A DNA stretch of 32,000 bases from Candidatus Saccharimonadota bacterium (lineage in GTDB: Bacteria > Patescibacteriota > Microgenomatia > UBA1406 > GWC2-37-13), in contig CP064967.1 of NCBI GenBank assembly GCA_016699265.1, positions 1 through 32,000 of the forward strand, in the 5' to 3' direction. Of the stretch, positions 8,014 to 16,476 are shown one piece after another. The notes beneath the pieces are model-generated. The model ran no database searches. It was not told the origin of the DNA and saw only the letters and a list, made by a program, of their open reading frames with translations. Positions within the stretch are counted from its first letter, which is position 1. Each line of letters opens with the position of its first letter. Made by a program: the position numbers and the translations under genes.

Positions 8014-9170
8014 GATACGAAATAGCCTTGAATAAACAGTGTTACCAATGCTACATGAAGCAGTGCAAAAATGAAACAAATAAGCAGTCTCATACGTACG
8101 TTCTTCAGAAGGCCGATATATATAAAGAAGGATAGCGATAAAAGAGAATATCTCGGAATTGACGATAGAGTACCCGTGAAGGTTGGGATAAGAAGGTTGG
8201 CGAATGAAAAGATGTTGAGACCAAGTAGAGCTTTGTTTTTTGAACTAAGAATGACCTTAAGCTGGACAAGGAGAATAGTAAACACAAAGATGAAGATTGA
8301 GAGTTCGAGTAGTGCTACAAAATAACCCACGTTCCACTGAGTGGTCAAGAAAATCTTTGCGTATCTGTAAAGAACCTGTGGTAGAAGTATTAGGTGAGTC
8401 GAGCGTCCTGCCCCAAATGCAGTCTGAGAACTGAAAAAAGCTAGGGGATCGCCGGTTGTTTTCCACAAGTAGTATATATATGTACAAAGACCAAGAAACG
8501 GAGAAAGAAGCAATAGATAGTTCTTGTTAATTTGAAGTTTGAAGTTTGAAGTTTGAAGTTGAGTCAAAGCTATTGGTATAAATAAAAATACTCCTAAAAA
8601 GCGCGTAAGAGACGCTAGGTAAGAAAAGAGCGCTACGAGTACATATTGTTTTTTGTCAAGGAAATAAAACACCGAAACCACAAGTAGAAAAAATACCCCT
8701 TCCGTATAGGCAGCTCCAAAGAAGAAGGATGTAGGGAATAGTAAAAAGCAGATAAGTATATATTTAATGCCGTCATGTTGATTTTTGGGAAGGTTGTTCT
8801 CCAGATATTTTTTGAAAAGAGCCAGACCCATAAGGAAAGAAATATTAGAGATCGCAAAAGAAGTCATTAAGTGATTACTCATTACTAATGGTGAAAGAGC
8901 GCGGATTAGGAGGGGATACAGAGGGAAAAAAGCCTGCTCAAACTGCGAGTATCCGTTCTGGGCGATTCGTAGATAGAAAATACCATCAAACTGAGCAAAT
9001 AACTTTATCCACAGAGGGAAATCGTAAGCATTTAGAGTGTTTGGATGAGAAAAATTACCAAGATAGGGTAGGAAGTTGGGAGCAAGATATGCGAGGACAA
9101 AATCAAACGTTCTCCATAGAATAAAAAGGGGAACTATGCTTTTGAAAAAAATGTATTGAAAACGAGCCAT
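8010..9170 (-). CDS. polytopic GT-C-type membrane glycosyltransferase, PIG-V (GPI mannosyltransferase 2)-like
   Basis: 386 aa, more than 8 TM segments. The N-terminal loop motif FDGIFYLRIAQNGY...AFFPLYP resembles the PIG-V family hallmark. It is not SEDS/RodA-like. Confidence 0.6.
   Translation of the reverse strand: MARFQYIFFKSIVPLFILWRTFDFVLAYLAPNFLPYLGNFSHPNTLNAYDFPLWIKLFAQFDGIFYLRIAQNGYSQFEQAFFPLYPLLIRALSPLVMSNHLMTSFAISNISFLMGLALFKKYLENNLPKNQHDGIKYILICFLLFPTSFFFGAAYTEGVFFLLVVSVFYFLDKKQYVLVALFSYLASLTRFLGVFLFIPIALTQLQTSNFKLQINKNYLLLLSPFLGLCTYIYYLWKTTGDPLAFFSSQTAFGAGRSTHLILLPQVLYRYAKIFLTTQWNVGYFVALLELSIFIFVFTILLVQLKVILSSKNKALLGLNIFSFANLLIPTFTGTLSSIPRYSLLSLSFFIYIGLLKNVRMRLLICFIFALLHVALVTLFIQGYFVS
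8531..8558. repeat. perfect heptanucleotide microsatellite (TTTGAAG)x4 inside the glycosyltransferase CDS
   Basis: Read directly. It encodes LQTSNFKLQ in a loop between hydrophobic segments. Confidence 0.9.
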
Positions 9171-10480
9171 ATATTCAATACAGCGATAATGAATGCAACA
9201 CTGTATGAAAGTATTTTAATCCACAATGGATTAACAAACGGTCCCATTTTAGCCTTCTCACTTGTAAATTTGACCAAAGGAAAAACTGCAAATGAAAGTT
9301 GCATACTTAAAATAACTTGACTCAAAATTAGAAGTTGGTTTAGACCGCTGTTTCCATAGAGACCTACTACCAAAATAGCCGGAAGTATCGCGATAAGTCG
9401 AGTAATCAGTCTACGAAGCCAAGGCTTAAGTTTGATATTGAGAAACCCCTCCATGATGATCTGCCCAGCGAGAGTCCCCGTGATCGTAGAGTTTTGGCCA
9501 GAGGCAAGGAGAGCAAGAGCGAAGACAGTACTTGCAAGAGATGTCCCCAATAGTGGAGCTAGTAACTTATACGCATCCTGAATCTCTGCCACATCGCCTA
9601 CCCCCTTACCATGAAAGGTGGCTGCGGCGGTTATTAAAATAGCAGCATTAACGAAAAAAGCTAGGAATAATGCAAAGGTAGAGTCGATGGTAGCAAACTT
9701 GACCGCCTCTTTTTTACCTTCTAGAGTCTCTTCGTAACTTCTTGTTTGAACAATCGCAGAGTGCAGATAGAGATTGTGTGGCATTACGGTCGCTCCAAGG
9801 ATTCCAGCCGCTATATATAGCATTTCAGAGTTTGCAATAATATTTTGTGTAGGAATAAGGCCCTGAAGAATTCCGATTACTGATGGTTGAGAAAGCCAAA
9901 TTTCTAGACCAAAACAGCCAATTATTGTGAAGATTAAAGTGACAACAAGGGCTTCAAGATAACGAAAACCCTTATGTTGCAAAAGGAGTAGTAGTAAGAC
10001 GTCAAGAGCCGTTATCACTATTCCCAACATAAGCGGAATCTTAAAAAGAAGGTTTAGGGCGATCGCAGATCCAATTACCTCCGCAAGATCGCAGGCTGCG
10101 ATAGCGATTTCGGCAAAAATCCAAAGCATAAATGCAACTGGTTTTCTGTAGTGATCTCGTGAGGCCTGAGCTAAGTCTCTCCCAGTGACCACTCCCAGCT
10201 TTATTGATAGATGTTGAAGAAGAATTGCCATGAGATTCGATATGAATATGACAGAGAGAAGCGTGTAACCAAATCGTGATCCTCCGGCAAGGTCGGTTGC
10301 CCAGTTTCCTGGGTCCATGTACCCAACCGCAACAAGGAACCCAGGCCCGGCAAAGGCCATCAGCTTTCGCCAGAAAGAAAAAGTTACAGGAACGGGAATT
10401 GAACGATGTACCTCTTCGAGACTAATATTAGAACGATCTCGCCTCCAACCTCTCGACTCAAAAAAATTTGTATGCGTCAT
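9134..10480 (-). CDS. mntH: NRAMP-family divalent metal (Mn2+/Fe2+) transporter
   Basis: 448 aa. GPGFLVAVGYMDPGNWATDL and MPHNLYLHS signatures, about 11 TM segments. Confidence 0.95.
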   Translation of the reverse strand: MTHTNFFESRGWRRDRSNISLEEVHRSIPVPVTFSFWRKLMAFAGPGFLVAVGYMDPGNWATDLAGGSRFGYTLLSVIFISNLMAILLQHLSIKLGVVTGRDLAQASRDHYRKPVAFMLWIFAEIAIAACDLAEVIGSAIALNLLFKIPLMLGIVITALDVLLLLLLQHKGFRYLEALVVTLIFTIIGCFGLEIWLSQPSVIGILQGLIPTQNIIANSEMLYIAAGILGATVMPHNLYLHSAIVQTRSYEETLEGKKEAVKFATIDSTFALFLAFFVNAAILITAAATFHGKGVGDVAEIQDAYKLLAPLLGTSLASTVFALALLASGQNSTITGTLAGQIIMEGFLNIKLKPWLRRLITRLIAILPAILVVGLYGNSGLNQLLILSQVILSMQLSFAVFPLVKFTSEKAKMGPFVNPLWIKILSYSVAFIIAVLNIWLVFNTFFSKA

Positions 10481-10511
10481 GGACTAGTTTAAAAATTGTA
10501 AGGTTATAAAG

Positions 10512-10925
10512 TTATAAAGTTTTAATTTTGCTTCCATGAGGATCTACTTTCGGTTTGCCCAGTAATTTATCGAGTGCTTTTATAGAGCTATCGCTGAACG
10601 CATGCTCCAAAAGATGAGCCTCGTTGTGGACTGTGTCCATTGGTTGTTTCAATACTTTGTACAAAAATACCTCAATTACTCTGTGTTTATAGGTAAGATT
10701 TTGAGCAATTTTTACTCCTTCCGATGTCAAGGAAACAGATCCATACTTTTTATAATTAACAAACGCTCCTTTTGCAAGTTCCTGTAAGCGCTCTGTGACA
10801 GTTTGTTTTGTTAGATTTAAGTATCGGGCTATTGCGCTTGGTTGTGCAGTCGATTTGCCTCCAAGATAGAAGATAGCTCTTAGGTAGTCTTCCTGCGTAG
10901 TGGTTATTTTTAATAGCTTTTTCAT
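10512..10925 (-). CDS. mntR: DtxR/MntR-family metal-dependent transcriptional regulator
   Basis: 137 aa. TTQEDYLRAIFYL winged-helix start, then a dimerisation/metal domain with HRVIEVFL and LEHAFS. Lies directly upstream of mntH. Confidence 0.85.
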   Translation of the reverse strand: MKKLLKITTTQEDYLRAIFYLGGKSTAQPSAIARYLNLTKQTVTERLQELAKGAFVNYKKYGSVSLTSEGVKIAQNLTYKHRVIEVFLYKVLKQPMDTVHNEAHLLEHAFSDSSIKALDKLLGKPKVDPHGSKIKTL

Positions 10926-11023
10926 CTTGAGTTATGGGTTACAAGCTACACGCTTCGTGCAAAATGTTCGCATAAACGAACTTTCAGTATACTGTACTGC
11001 TTATCAGAAGCAATAGGAAGATG

Positions 11024-11094
11024 TCGGGGTGCGGGGAATTGAACCCCGGTCTCACGACCCCCAGCCGCGAATTCTGCCGTTAAACTACACCCCG
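11024..11094 (-). tRNA. tRNA-Pro (anticodon GGG), CCA not encoded
   Basis: Hand-folded on the minus strand. Acceptor CGGGGTG/CACCCCG, anticodon stem CGCGG/TCGTG with loop CTGGGGG, T arm CGGGG-TTCAATT-CCCCG, discriminator A. Confidence 0.85.
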
Positions 11095-11133
11095 ATTCGT
11101 CTATTCTACCAGCATTTTGATACAATGAGCCAC

Positions 11134-11613
11134 ATGGGCCGAATGAAAAGACCAAACTGGAATACGTACTTTATGCAGCTTGCTGATGTAGTGGCAACGA
11201 GATCGAATTGCATAAGAAGAAGCGTTGGCGCTGTTTTGGTACAGGATAAAAGAATCATCGCAACAGGATATAACGGAACTCCCCATGGGATACCAAACTG
11301 CGATGAAGGTGGCTGTAATAGGTGCTCCGAGCGCGAAAGCGGAAAACTTAAGTCCGGAGAGCGAGAGGAGACCTGTGTCTGTATCCATGCCGAGCAGAAC
11401 GCAGTGATTCAGGCAGCACTCCACGGAGTATCAACCCTTGGAGCAACTTTATACACAACCATTCCGCCCTGCTCCCAGTGTGCGAAAATACTAATTAATG
11501 CTGGAATTAAACACGTCCTATACCGAAAAGATCCGCACTTTATAGAAGGAATTCTTCTATTAAATTCTGCCAATATTAACTCAACTGCGCTACTCCTCAG
11601 CAAGTCTGCATAA
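11134..11613 (+). CDS. dCMP deaminase (zinc-dependent cytidine/deoxycytidylate deaminase family)
   Basis: HAEQNA and PCSQCAK zinc motifs, RPNWNTYFM N-terminus. The ORF's 5' extension from 11029 is the antisense of tRNA-Pro. Candidate starts are 11125 and 11134. 11134 is preferred because TACAAT (11121-11126) lies 7 nt upstream. Confidence 0.85.
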   Translation: MGRMKRPNWNTYFMQLADVVATRSNCIRRSVGAVLVQDKRIIATGYNGTPHGIPNCDEGGCNRCSERESGKLKSGEREETCVCIHAEQNAVIQAALHGVSTLGATLYTTIPPCSQCAKILINAGIKHVLYRKDPHFIEGILLLNSANINSTALLLSKSA

Positions 11614-11734
11614 CGGCACTTGGATCCCACTTTGTTATGGTTCAACGTTAGATAATAAATCGGCATTGATTGGGTTTCCTAAGTAGAGTAAGATCAAAAT
11701 AGGCTGTTTTTTCGGCTATTTTAATGAAATATAT

Positions 11735-13435
11735 ATGATCATATCTAACGATCAACTCGCTCAGTTAGTGCTCAACAACGGGCTGGTAGATAAAGCTGGA
11801 CTCGAGGAGTTGTCTCAGTATGCGAAGAACGCTAACCTCAATCTTGATCAAGCGATCCTTGAGAAAAATGTTATCCCCGACGAGACGTTAGGTCTTTTGA
11901 TCGCCAACTATATAAAGGTGCCGTTTGTAACTCTTACGAAGCTCGCGATTCCTGAGGAGGTTTTTCATATTGTGCCGGAAAAGGTCGCGCGTAAACAAAA
12001 GGTAATCGCTTTTGAGAGATCTCCGAAAGGTATTAAGATCGCCATGGCTAATCCCTACAACCAAGAACTTATAAAGTTGGTAGCGCAGAAAACAAGCCAA
12101 TCAATCATTCCATATATGGCAACTGAGAAGGATATTTACAACACCTTCCACATCTATCGTAAGGAGCTACAAAAAAACTTCGACGACCTTATAAGTGAAG
12201 AGGCAGAGAAAGCTGGTTCGGTTGCGGCGGCAGAGAGCGAGGCCCCAATCGCAAAGATCGTTGATCTTTTAATTAGCTTTGCATATCAGGATAAAGTTTC
12301 GGATATTCACATTGAGCCGGAAGAGAAAAACTCATTGGTGCGCTTCCGAATTGACGGAATTTTGCACGATGTGCTATTTCTGTCAAAGTTTCTTCATGAC
12401 AGAATTGCAACGCGTATCAAGGTGATGGCAAAGCTGAGAACTGATGAGCATTTGGCTCCTCAGGACGGAAAGATTCGAGTTAAGGTTGAGGATGAGGATC
12501 TGGATATTCGCATATCAATTCTTCCAGTTTCACAAGGTGAGAAGATAGTAATGCGACTTCTTTCGTCCCGCCTTGGGAAGTTGTCTCTTTTGGATCTTGG
12601 TATGAGTGAGATTGATCTAAAAAAGGTAAGCAATGCATATAGTCGGTCCTACGGTATGATTTTATCGACTGGTCCAACGGGATCGGGTAAAACGAGCTCT
12701 ATCTACTCGATACTTAAGATACTAAACACGAGAGAGAAGAATATCACGACAATTGAGGATCCTGTCGAGTATCAAATTCGTGGAGTCAATCAGATCCAGG
12801 TAAATACAAAGACCAATTTAACCTTTGCAAATGGGCTACGATCAATTCTTCGTCAGGATCCAAATATAGTCTTTGTAGGAGAGATTCGAGACAGTGAAAC
12901 GGCTGGTATTGCTGTGAACGCAGCCCTTACAGGCCATTTGGTTCTATCTACACTACACACAAATGATGCCGCAACAACAATGCCGCGTTTGATAGATATG
13001 AAGGTGGAACCGTTCCTCGTGGCCTCGACCGTAAATGTTGTGATAGCACAGAGACTCATCAGAAAGATCTGTGAAAACTGTCGAATCTCGTACATTGTTA
13101 CCGAGGACGAGCTAAAGAAGAATCTGCCGGAAGAAATCATAAAACGACATTATCTAACGACAGGCGATAAAAAAGAAATAAGACTATATAAAGGTCAGGG
13201 CTGTAAGATTTGTCACTTCACTGGATACTCGGGTCGGGTTGGTCTGTTTGAGGTTATGGAAATAACAGAGAAACTCAGATCTTTAATTGTCCAAAAATCG
13301 AGCGCAGATGAGATAAAAAGACAGGCAGTCGCAGACGGTATGCATAGCATGTTGGACGATGGATTACAAAAGGTTGCGAGAGGAATGACAACGGTTGAGG
13401 AGGTTTTACGTATAACAAAGGTTGACTCATTATGA
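11735..13435 (+). CDS. pilB: type IV pilus / type II secretion assembly ATPase (PilB/GspE family)
   Basis: 566 aa. N-terminal GSPII_E_N-like domain, Walker A GPTGSGKT, Walker B and Asp/His boxes, tetracysteine CENC...CKIC. Confidence 0.9.
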   Translation: MIISNDQLAQLVLNNGLVDKAGLEELSQYAKNANLNLDQAILEKNVIPDETLGLLIANYIKVPFVTLTKLAIPEEVFHIVPEKVARKQKVIAFERSPKGIKIAMANPYNQELIKLVAQKTSQSIIPYMATEKDIYNTFHIYRKELQKNFDDLISEEAEKAGSVAAAESEAPIAKIVDLLISFAYQDKVSDIHIEPEEKNSLVRFRIDGILHDVLFLSKFLHDRIATRIKVMAKLRTDEHLAPQDGKIRVKVEDEDLDIRISILPVSQGEKIVMRLLSSRLGKLSLLDLGMSEIDLKKVSNAYSRSYGMILSTGPTGSGKTSSIYSILKILNTREKNITTIEDPVEYQIRGVNQIQVNTKTNLTFANGLRSILRQDPNIVFVGEIRDSETAGIAVNAALTGHLVLSTLHTNDAATTMPRLIDMKVEPFLVASTVNVVIAQRLIRKICENCRISYIVTEDELKKNLPEEIIKRHYLTTGDKKEIRLYKGQGCKICHFTGYSGRVGLFEVMEITEKLRSLIVQKSSADEIKRQAVADGMHSMLDDGLQKVARGMTTVEEVLRITKVDSL

Positions 13436-14490
13436 AAAATCCGAAGAAGATCACTTTATCAACCGTTGAAAAGGTAGGCTTCATTAGCAACCTCTCCACG
13501 ATGTTAGCCGCTGGTATCTCGATCATCGAGATTATCGACTCGCTGATGGAGGACGCAAAAGGAAATACTTTATTCCTTCTGCAGTCCGTAAAGGCAGATA
13601 TTAATCAAGGAAACAGAATATATATTGCTTTTGAAAAATTCCCTCAGGTGTTTGATAAGGTAACAATTAATATCATAAGGGCTTCTGAAGAGGCTGGCAC
13701 GCTTGACACTACTCTCATCGATCTCAAGGATACTATTAAGAAGGAGCAGGAGTTTATGGACAAGGTTCGTTCGGCATTCATCTACCCATCCCTTATTTTA
13801 GTAATGTTCCTCGGAGTACTGATCCTAATCCTCACCTTTGTAATTCCTAGAATTGCAGTAGTTTTTTCGCGTCTAAAATCAGAACTGCCATTGCCTACAA
13901 AGATTCTTATCTTCATGTCGGATTTACTGTTGAAGCAAACGATACCTCTCTTACTTGGACTTGCGATAGTTGTCGGAGGATTCATAATGCTCGTCAAGAT
14001 GAATAGAAAAGGAGTTCTAAATGCTGTATTTTCACTACCCTTAATATCTAACCTGATGAGATATATTGACCTGACAAGATTTACCCGTAGTTTACATTTG
14101 CTGCTCAGTGCTGGAATCCCAATTGTGACGGCGCTTGATCTTACGAAGGACACGGTGAGTAAAAAAAATGTAAGAAAAATGATTGAAAGATGCGGAGAGA
14201 TGGTCTTAGCAGGAAAGCCTTTTTCTGAAGGATTGAGGAGTGAGAAAAAAGTTGTGCCTCGGATCATGCTTAAAATTATTGAGGCCGGCGAGAAGAGTGG
14301 AGGCCTCGACAAGGCCTTATTGGATATATCGCAACACCTTGACTATGAAGTCACCACCACTCTAGCCACTATCACTACCTTGCTAGAACCGATGCTTCTA
14401 ATGGTTGTTGGAGTAATGGTTGGAGGCATGATGCTTTCCATCATCGCTCCAATATATGGACTCATCGGATCCGTTGGAGGAGGAGGGTAG
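13432..14490 (+). CDS. pilC: type IV pilus platform protein (PilC/GspF family)
   Basis: 352 aa. Two GspF-type repeats with 3 TM segments. ATGA overlap with the pilB stop. Confidence 0.85.
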   Translation: MKNPKKITLSTVEKVGFISNLSTMLAAGISIIEIIDSLMEDAKGNTLFLLQSVKADINQGNRIYIAFEKFPQVFDKVTINIIRASEEAGTLDTTLIDLKDTIKKEQEFMDKVRSAFIYPSLILVMFLGVLILILTFVIPRIAVVFSRLKSELPLPTKILIFMSDLLLKQTIPLLLGLAIVVGGFIMLVKMNRKGVLNAVFSLPLISNLMRYIDLTRFTRSLHLLLSAGIPIVTALDLTKDTVSKKNVRKMIERCGEMVLAGKPFSEGLRSEKKVVPRIMLKIIEAGEKSGGLDKALLDISQHLDYEVTTTLATITTLLEPMLLMVVGVMVGGMMLSIIAPIYGLIGSVGGGG

Positions 14491-14504
14491 TGCGCAAAGT
14501 GACC

Positions 14505-14592
14505 CGTATATCGTATTTGGCCTGCCTGCCGGCAGGTATCTAGTATTTCGTCTCGTTTTTACGACATACGGAATACGCTATACAAATACGAA
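14505..14592 (+). repeat. non-coding copy of the pilin-leader module: 2 CGTATNN heptads, GC hairpin, 4 NATACGN heptads
   Basis: CGTATAT CGTATTT (14505-14518). GCCTGCCTGCCGGCAGGTAT (14520-14539) is identical to 24106-24125. CATACGG AATACGC TATACAA ATACGAA (14565-14592). There is no ATG or Lys-rich segment between them. Confidence 0.8.
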
Positions 14593-15024
14593 CTATTTCT
14601 TTAATGGTTGTACTGGCGTAGGTTGTGGGTTGACAGAGGTCGGTTGAACAGTTGGGAGATACTTCTGGACCATAGCGACGACTTGATTTGGGGCAAGGTC
14701 CGCCTTCACAAGAACATTTGTCGCTCCTTTTTGCATTGCTTCTTTGATCGCTGGGTCATGGGATAAATTTGTCCAGACAATGATTACAGGCATCTTTGCC
14801 GGTTTAGGTGACTCAGTCTGAAGCTTGGTAAGGACACCAAGACCATCCAATTTAGGCATCATAACATCTAGAAGAACTAAGTCATAGCCTCCTGTTCTAA
14901 TTTTGTTTAGACCCTCTTCCCCGTCCACCGCAAACTCAATCGTGTAGCCTGCTGTTTTTAGTACTTCGTCATAGAGCTCTCGAAGCGTAGGATCGTCATC
15001 AACGACTAAAATTCTGTTTGCCAT
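14593..15024 (-). CDS. receiver-only (CheY-like) response regulator with a Pro/Gln/Thr-rich C-terminal tail
   Basis: MANRILVVDDDP, LLDVMMPKLDG, conserved Lys region. No output domain. The tail reads PTVQPTSVNPQPTPVQPLKK. Start trimmed to the Met at 15024. Confidence 0.85.
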   Translation of the reverse strand: MANRILVVDDDPTLRELYDEVLKTAGYTIEFAVDGEEGLNKIRTGGYDLVLLDVMMPKLDGLGVLTKLQTESPKPAKMPVIIVWTNLSHDPAIKEAMQKGATNVLVKADLAPNQVVAMVQKYLPTVQPTSVNPQPTPVQPLKK

Positions 15025-15081
15025 AATCAAAGATACTATAGATAACTTCAATAACGATGTCAAATCCTCAACTTGCATCAG

Positions 15082-15087
15082 TATAAT
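15082..15087 (+). promoter_or_regulatory. consensus -10 box TATAAT, 6 nt upstream of the pdaD ATG
   Basis: Read directly. No convincing -35 box and no SD. Confidence 0.4.
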
Positions 15088-15093
15088 GTTCAG

Positions 15094-15585
15094 ATGGAAA
15101 TACAGATAGTTACTTCAAGTGGTGAAGGGAGAACCTTGCTCTCCGCCTTTGACAGTGCACTACAGAATGCTGGTGTGTCTAACTATAATCTGATCGTACT
15201 TTCCTCAATAATTCCTCCCAATTCGACATTGGTAAAAAAAAGAATGTACACAACTCCGCCAGAGGAGTTTGGTCATCGACTCTATGTAGTAAGGGCTGAA
15301 ATGCGTAGCAATGAGGCGGGAAAGTTTATTGCAGCGGGAGTAGGTTGGTATCAACTCGAGGATGGAAGAGGCTATTTTGTCGAACATGAGATAGTTGGAG
15401 AAACAAAGATTGCAGTACAGTCAGAGATAGAGAATAGAATTCACAACTCATTGTCCGATATGTGCTCCTTCAGGAAGGTAAGATTTGTGAAAGAGAAGGC
15501 TCAATCTGCAATAGCTGTTTCGCAGGTGGTTGATAAGCCAGCATGTGTGTTGGCGGTCGCTGTTTATAGGTCCGAGCCATGGTAG
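15094..15585 (+). CDS. pdaD: pyruvoyl-dependent arginine decarboxylase (archaeal PdaD type)
   Basis: GEGRTLLSAFDSALQNAGVSNYNLIVLSSIIPP, including the Ser-Ser self-cleavage region. Length about 163 aa. Confidence 0.85.
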   Translation: MEIQIVTSSGEGRTLLSAFDSALQNAGVSNYNLIVLSSIIPPNSTLVKKRMYTTPPEEFGHRLYVVRAEMRSNEAGKFIAAGVGWYQLEDGRGYFVEHEIVGETKIAVQSEIENRIHNSLSDMCSFRKVRFVKEKAQSAIAVSQVVDKPACVLAVAVYRSEPW

Positions 15586-16472
15586 TTCTTACGGATAATG
15601 CGGTATTTCATAAGAAACTTCATAGGTCTCCAAAGAGTCTTTGCTGCTCTCAGATTCTGTTCACCGAGGTCCTGTTGAAAGTTGAGATAGCGATATCCTG
15701 TATTCGTTAGGTGTTCTGCAGTTTTCTTCATGAGATACTCTGTAACTCCGGTTAAGTTGTGATCGGTTTTTTCATAATGAATCATGGCGTGCTGACCATG
15801 AAGGTTTTCCACTATCGCGAATGCGACAAGTTCCTTGTTATGATAAATACCGGTCCCAAAAACATGTTTATGTAGATGGAAAACATTCTTGAGACCTATC
15901 AGCTCATCTTCATTGAGCGGTCCCTTTTTATTTTGTTGCCACCTATCAACTAATGAAAAAATCTCTTTCTGAACATACTTATCGGATAGAGTTAGTAGTG
16001 AAAAAACACTGTCGGCGCCGTACTTTTTTTCGAATGTATGAGCTAAGTTACGCTTTTTCTTATAATTTTTTCCCTGGAGCTCTGCAATAGCCTCCAAATC
16101 ATATATATAGTCGTGCTGATCTCGATCTTCTAGAATTGAAAAGTGATGTCGAAGTTGTTTTAGTCGCCCTGCGATTACTGCAGGAATAAGACTGAGTTCT
16201 AACGATTCGGAATGGTCCATAAGTGTCTGAATTGATTCAGTAAGTTTTTCAGTACCTAGGATCGAGTATACAACGCCTTCTTTGGTGTAGTTCTTCAGTT
16301 TAATGATGAGGTTATTATTAAGGATGGAAAGTTCGGTTTTCCCGTCTGTATTCCAACCAAATAAACTCACGAAGTTGAAATCTGAGTAAGGGTCATACCT
16401 CCGAGTTATTAGATCTACGTGAGATTTATGCGACTTGATTATAGGAGCGAATCGAGGGAATGCGGGAATCAT
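15564..16472 (-). CDS. stand-alone DUF2156 / lysyl-phosphatidylglycerol-synthase C-terminal-like (GNAT-fold) protein
   Basis: About 302 aa. The N-terminal DFNFVSLFGWN pattern and the length fit DUF2156. Start at 16472, 4 nt after the EamA stop. 22-nt convergent overlap with pdaD. Confidence 0.55.
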   Translation of the reverse strand: MIPAFPRFAPIIKSHKSHVDLITRRYDPYSDFNFVSLFGWNTDGKTELSILNNNLIIKLKNYTKEGVVYSILGTEKLTESIQTLMDHSESLELSLIPAVIAGRLKQLRHHFSILEDRDQHDYIYDLEAIAELQGKNYKKKRNLAHTFEKKYGADSVFSLLTLSDKYVQKEIFSLVDRWQQNKKGPLNEDELIGLKNVFHLHKHVFGTGIYHNKELVAFAIVENLHGQHAMIHYEKTDHNLTGVTEYLMKKTAEHLTNTGYRYLNFQQDLGEQNLRAAKTLWRPMKFLMKYRIIRKNYHGSDL

Positions 16473-16476
16473 ATTT

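Noticed and set aside
6364-8079. Long form (571 aa) of the PBP ORF starting at 8079
   Set aside because: The extra 22 codons lie entirely inside the upstream glycosyltransferase gene. The Met at 8013 gives the classical ATGA stop/start coupling and a normal cytoplasmic tail plus TM anchor.
10946-11155. 69-aa minus-strand ORF and the 5' extension (11029-11124) of the deaminase ORF
   Set aside because: Both run through tRNA-Pro (11024-11094) and are read-through artefacts of the tRNA sequence.
11614-11734. Possible terminator hairpin (ATAGGC...GGCTAT with a T-run) between the deaminase gene and pilB
   Set aside because: The stem has an internal G-G mismatch and only 4-5 pairs, which is not convincing.
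13782-14312. Long antisense or shadow ORFs inside well-supported genes (13782-14312, 19548-19928, 22270-22551, 22288-22569, 24544-25062, 25096-25464, 25908-26192, 1129-1407, 3949-4254 and others)
   Set aside because: Each lies wholly within a longer ORF that has clear family motifs or pilin signals. They have low-complexity or odd composition and no start signals.
14456-14647. 63-aa plus-strand ORF spanning the pilC end, the spacer and the response-regulator end
   Set aside because: It overlaps two well-supported genes and has no independent start signal. Its YGIRYTNTN stretch is interpreted as a remnant of the pilin-leader module, not a live gene.
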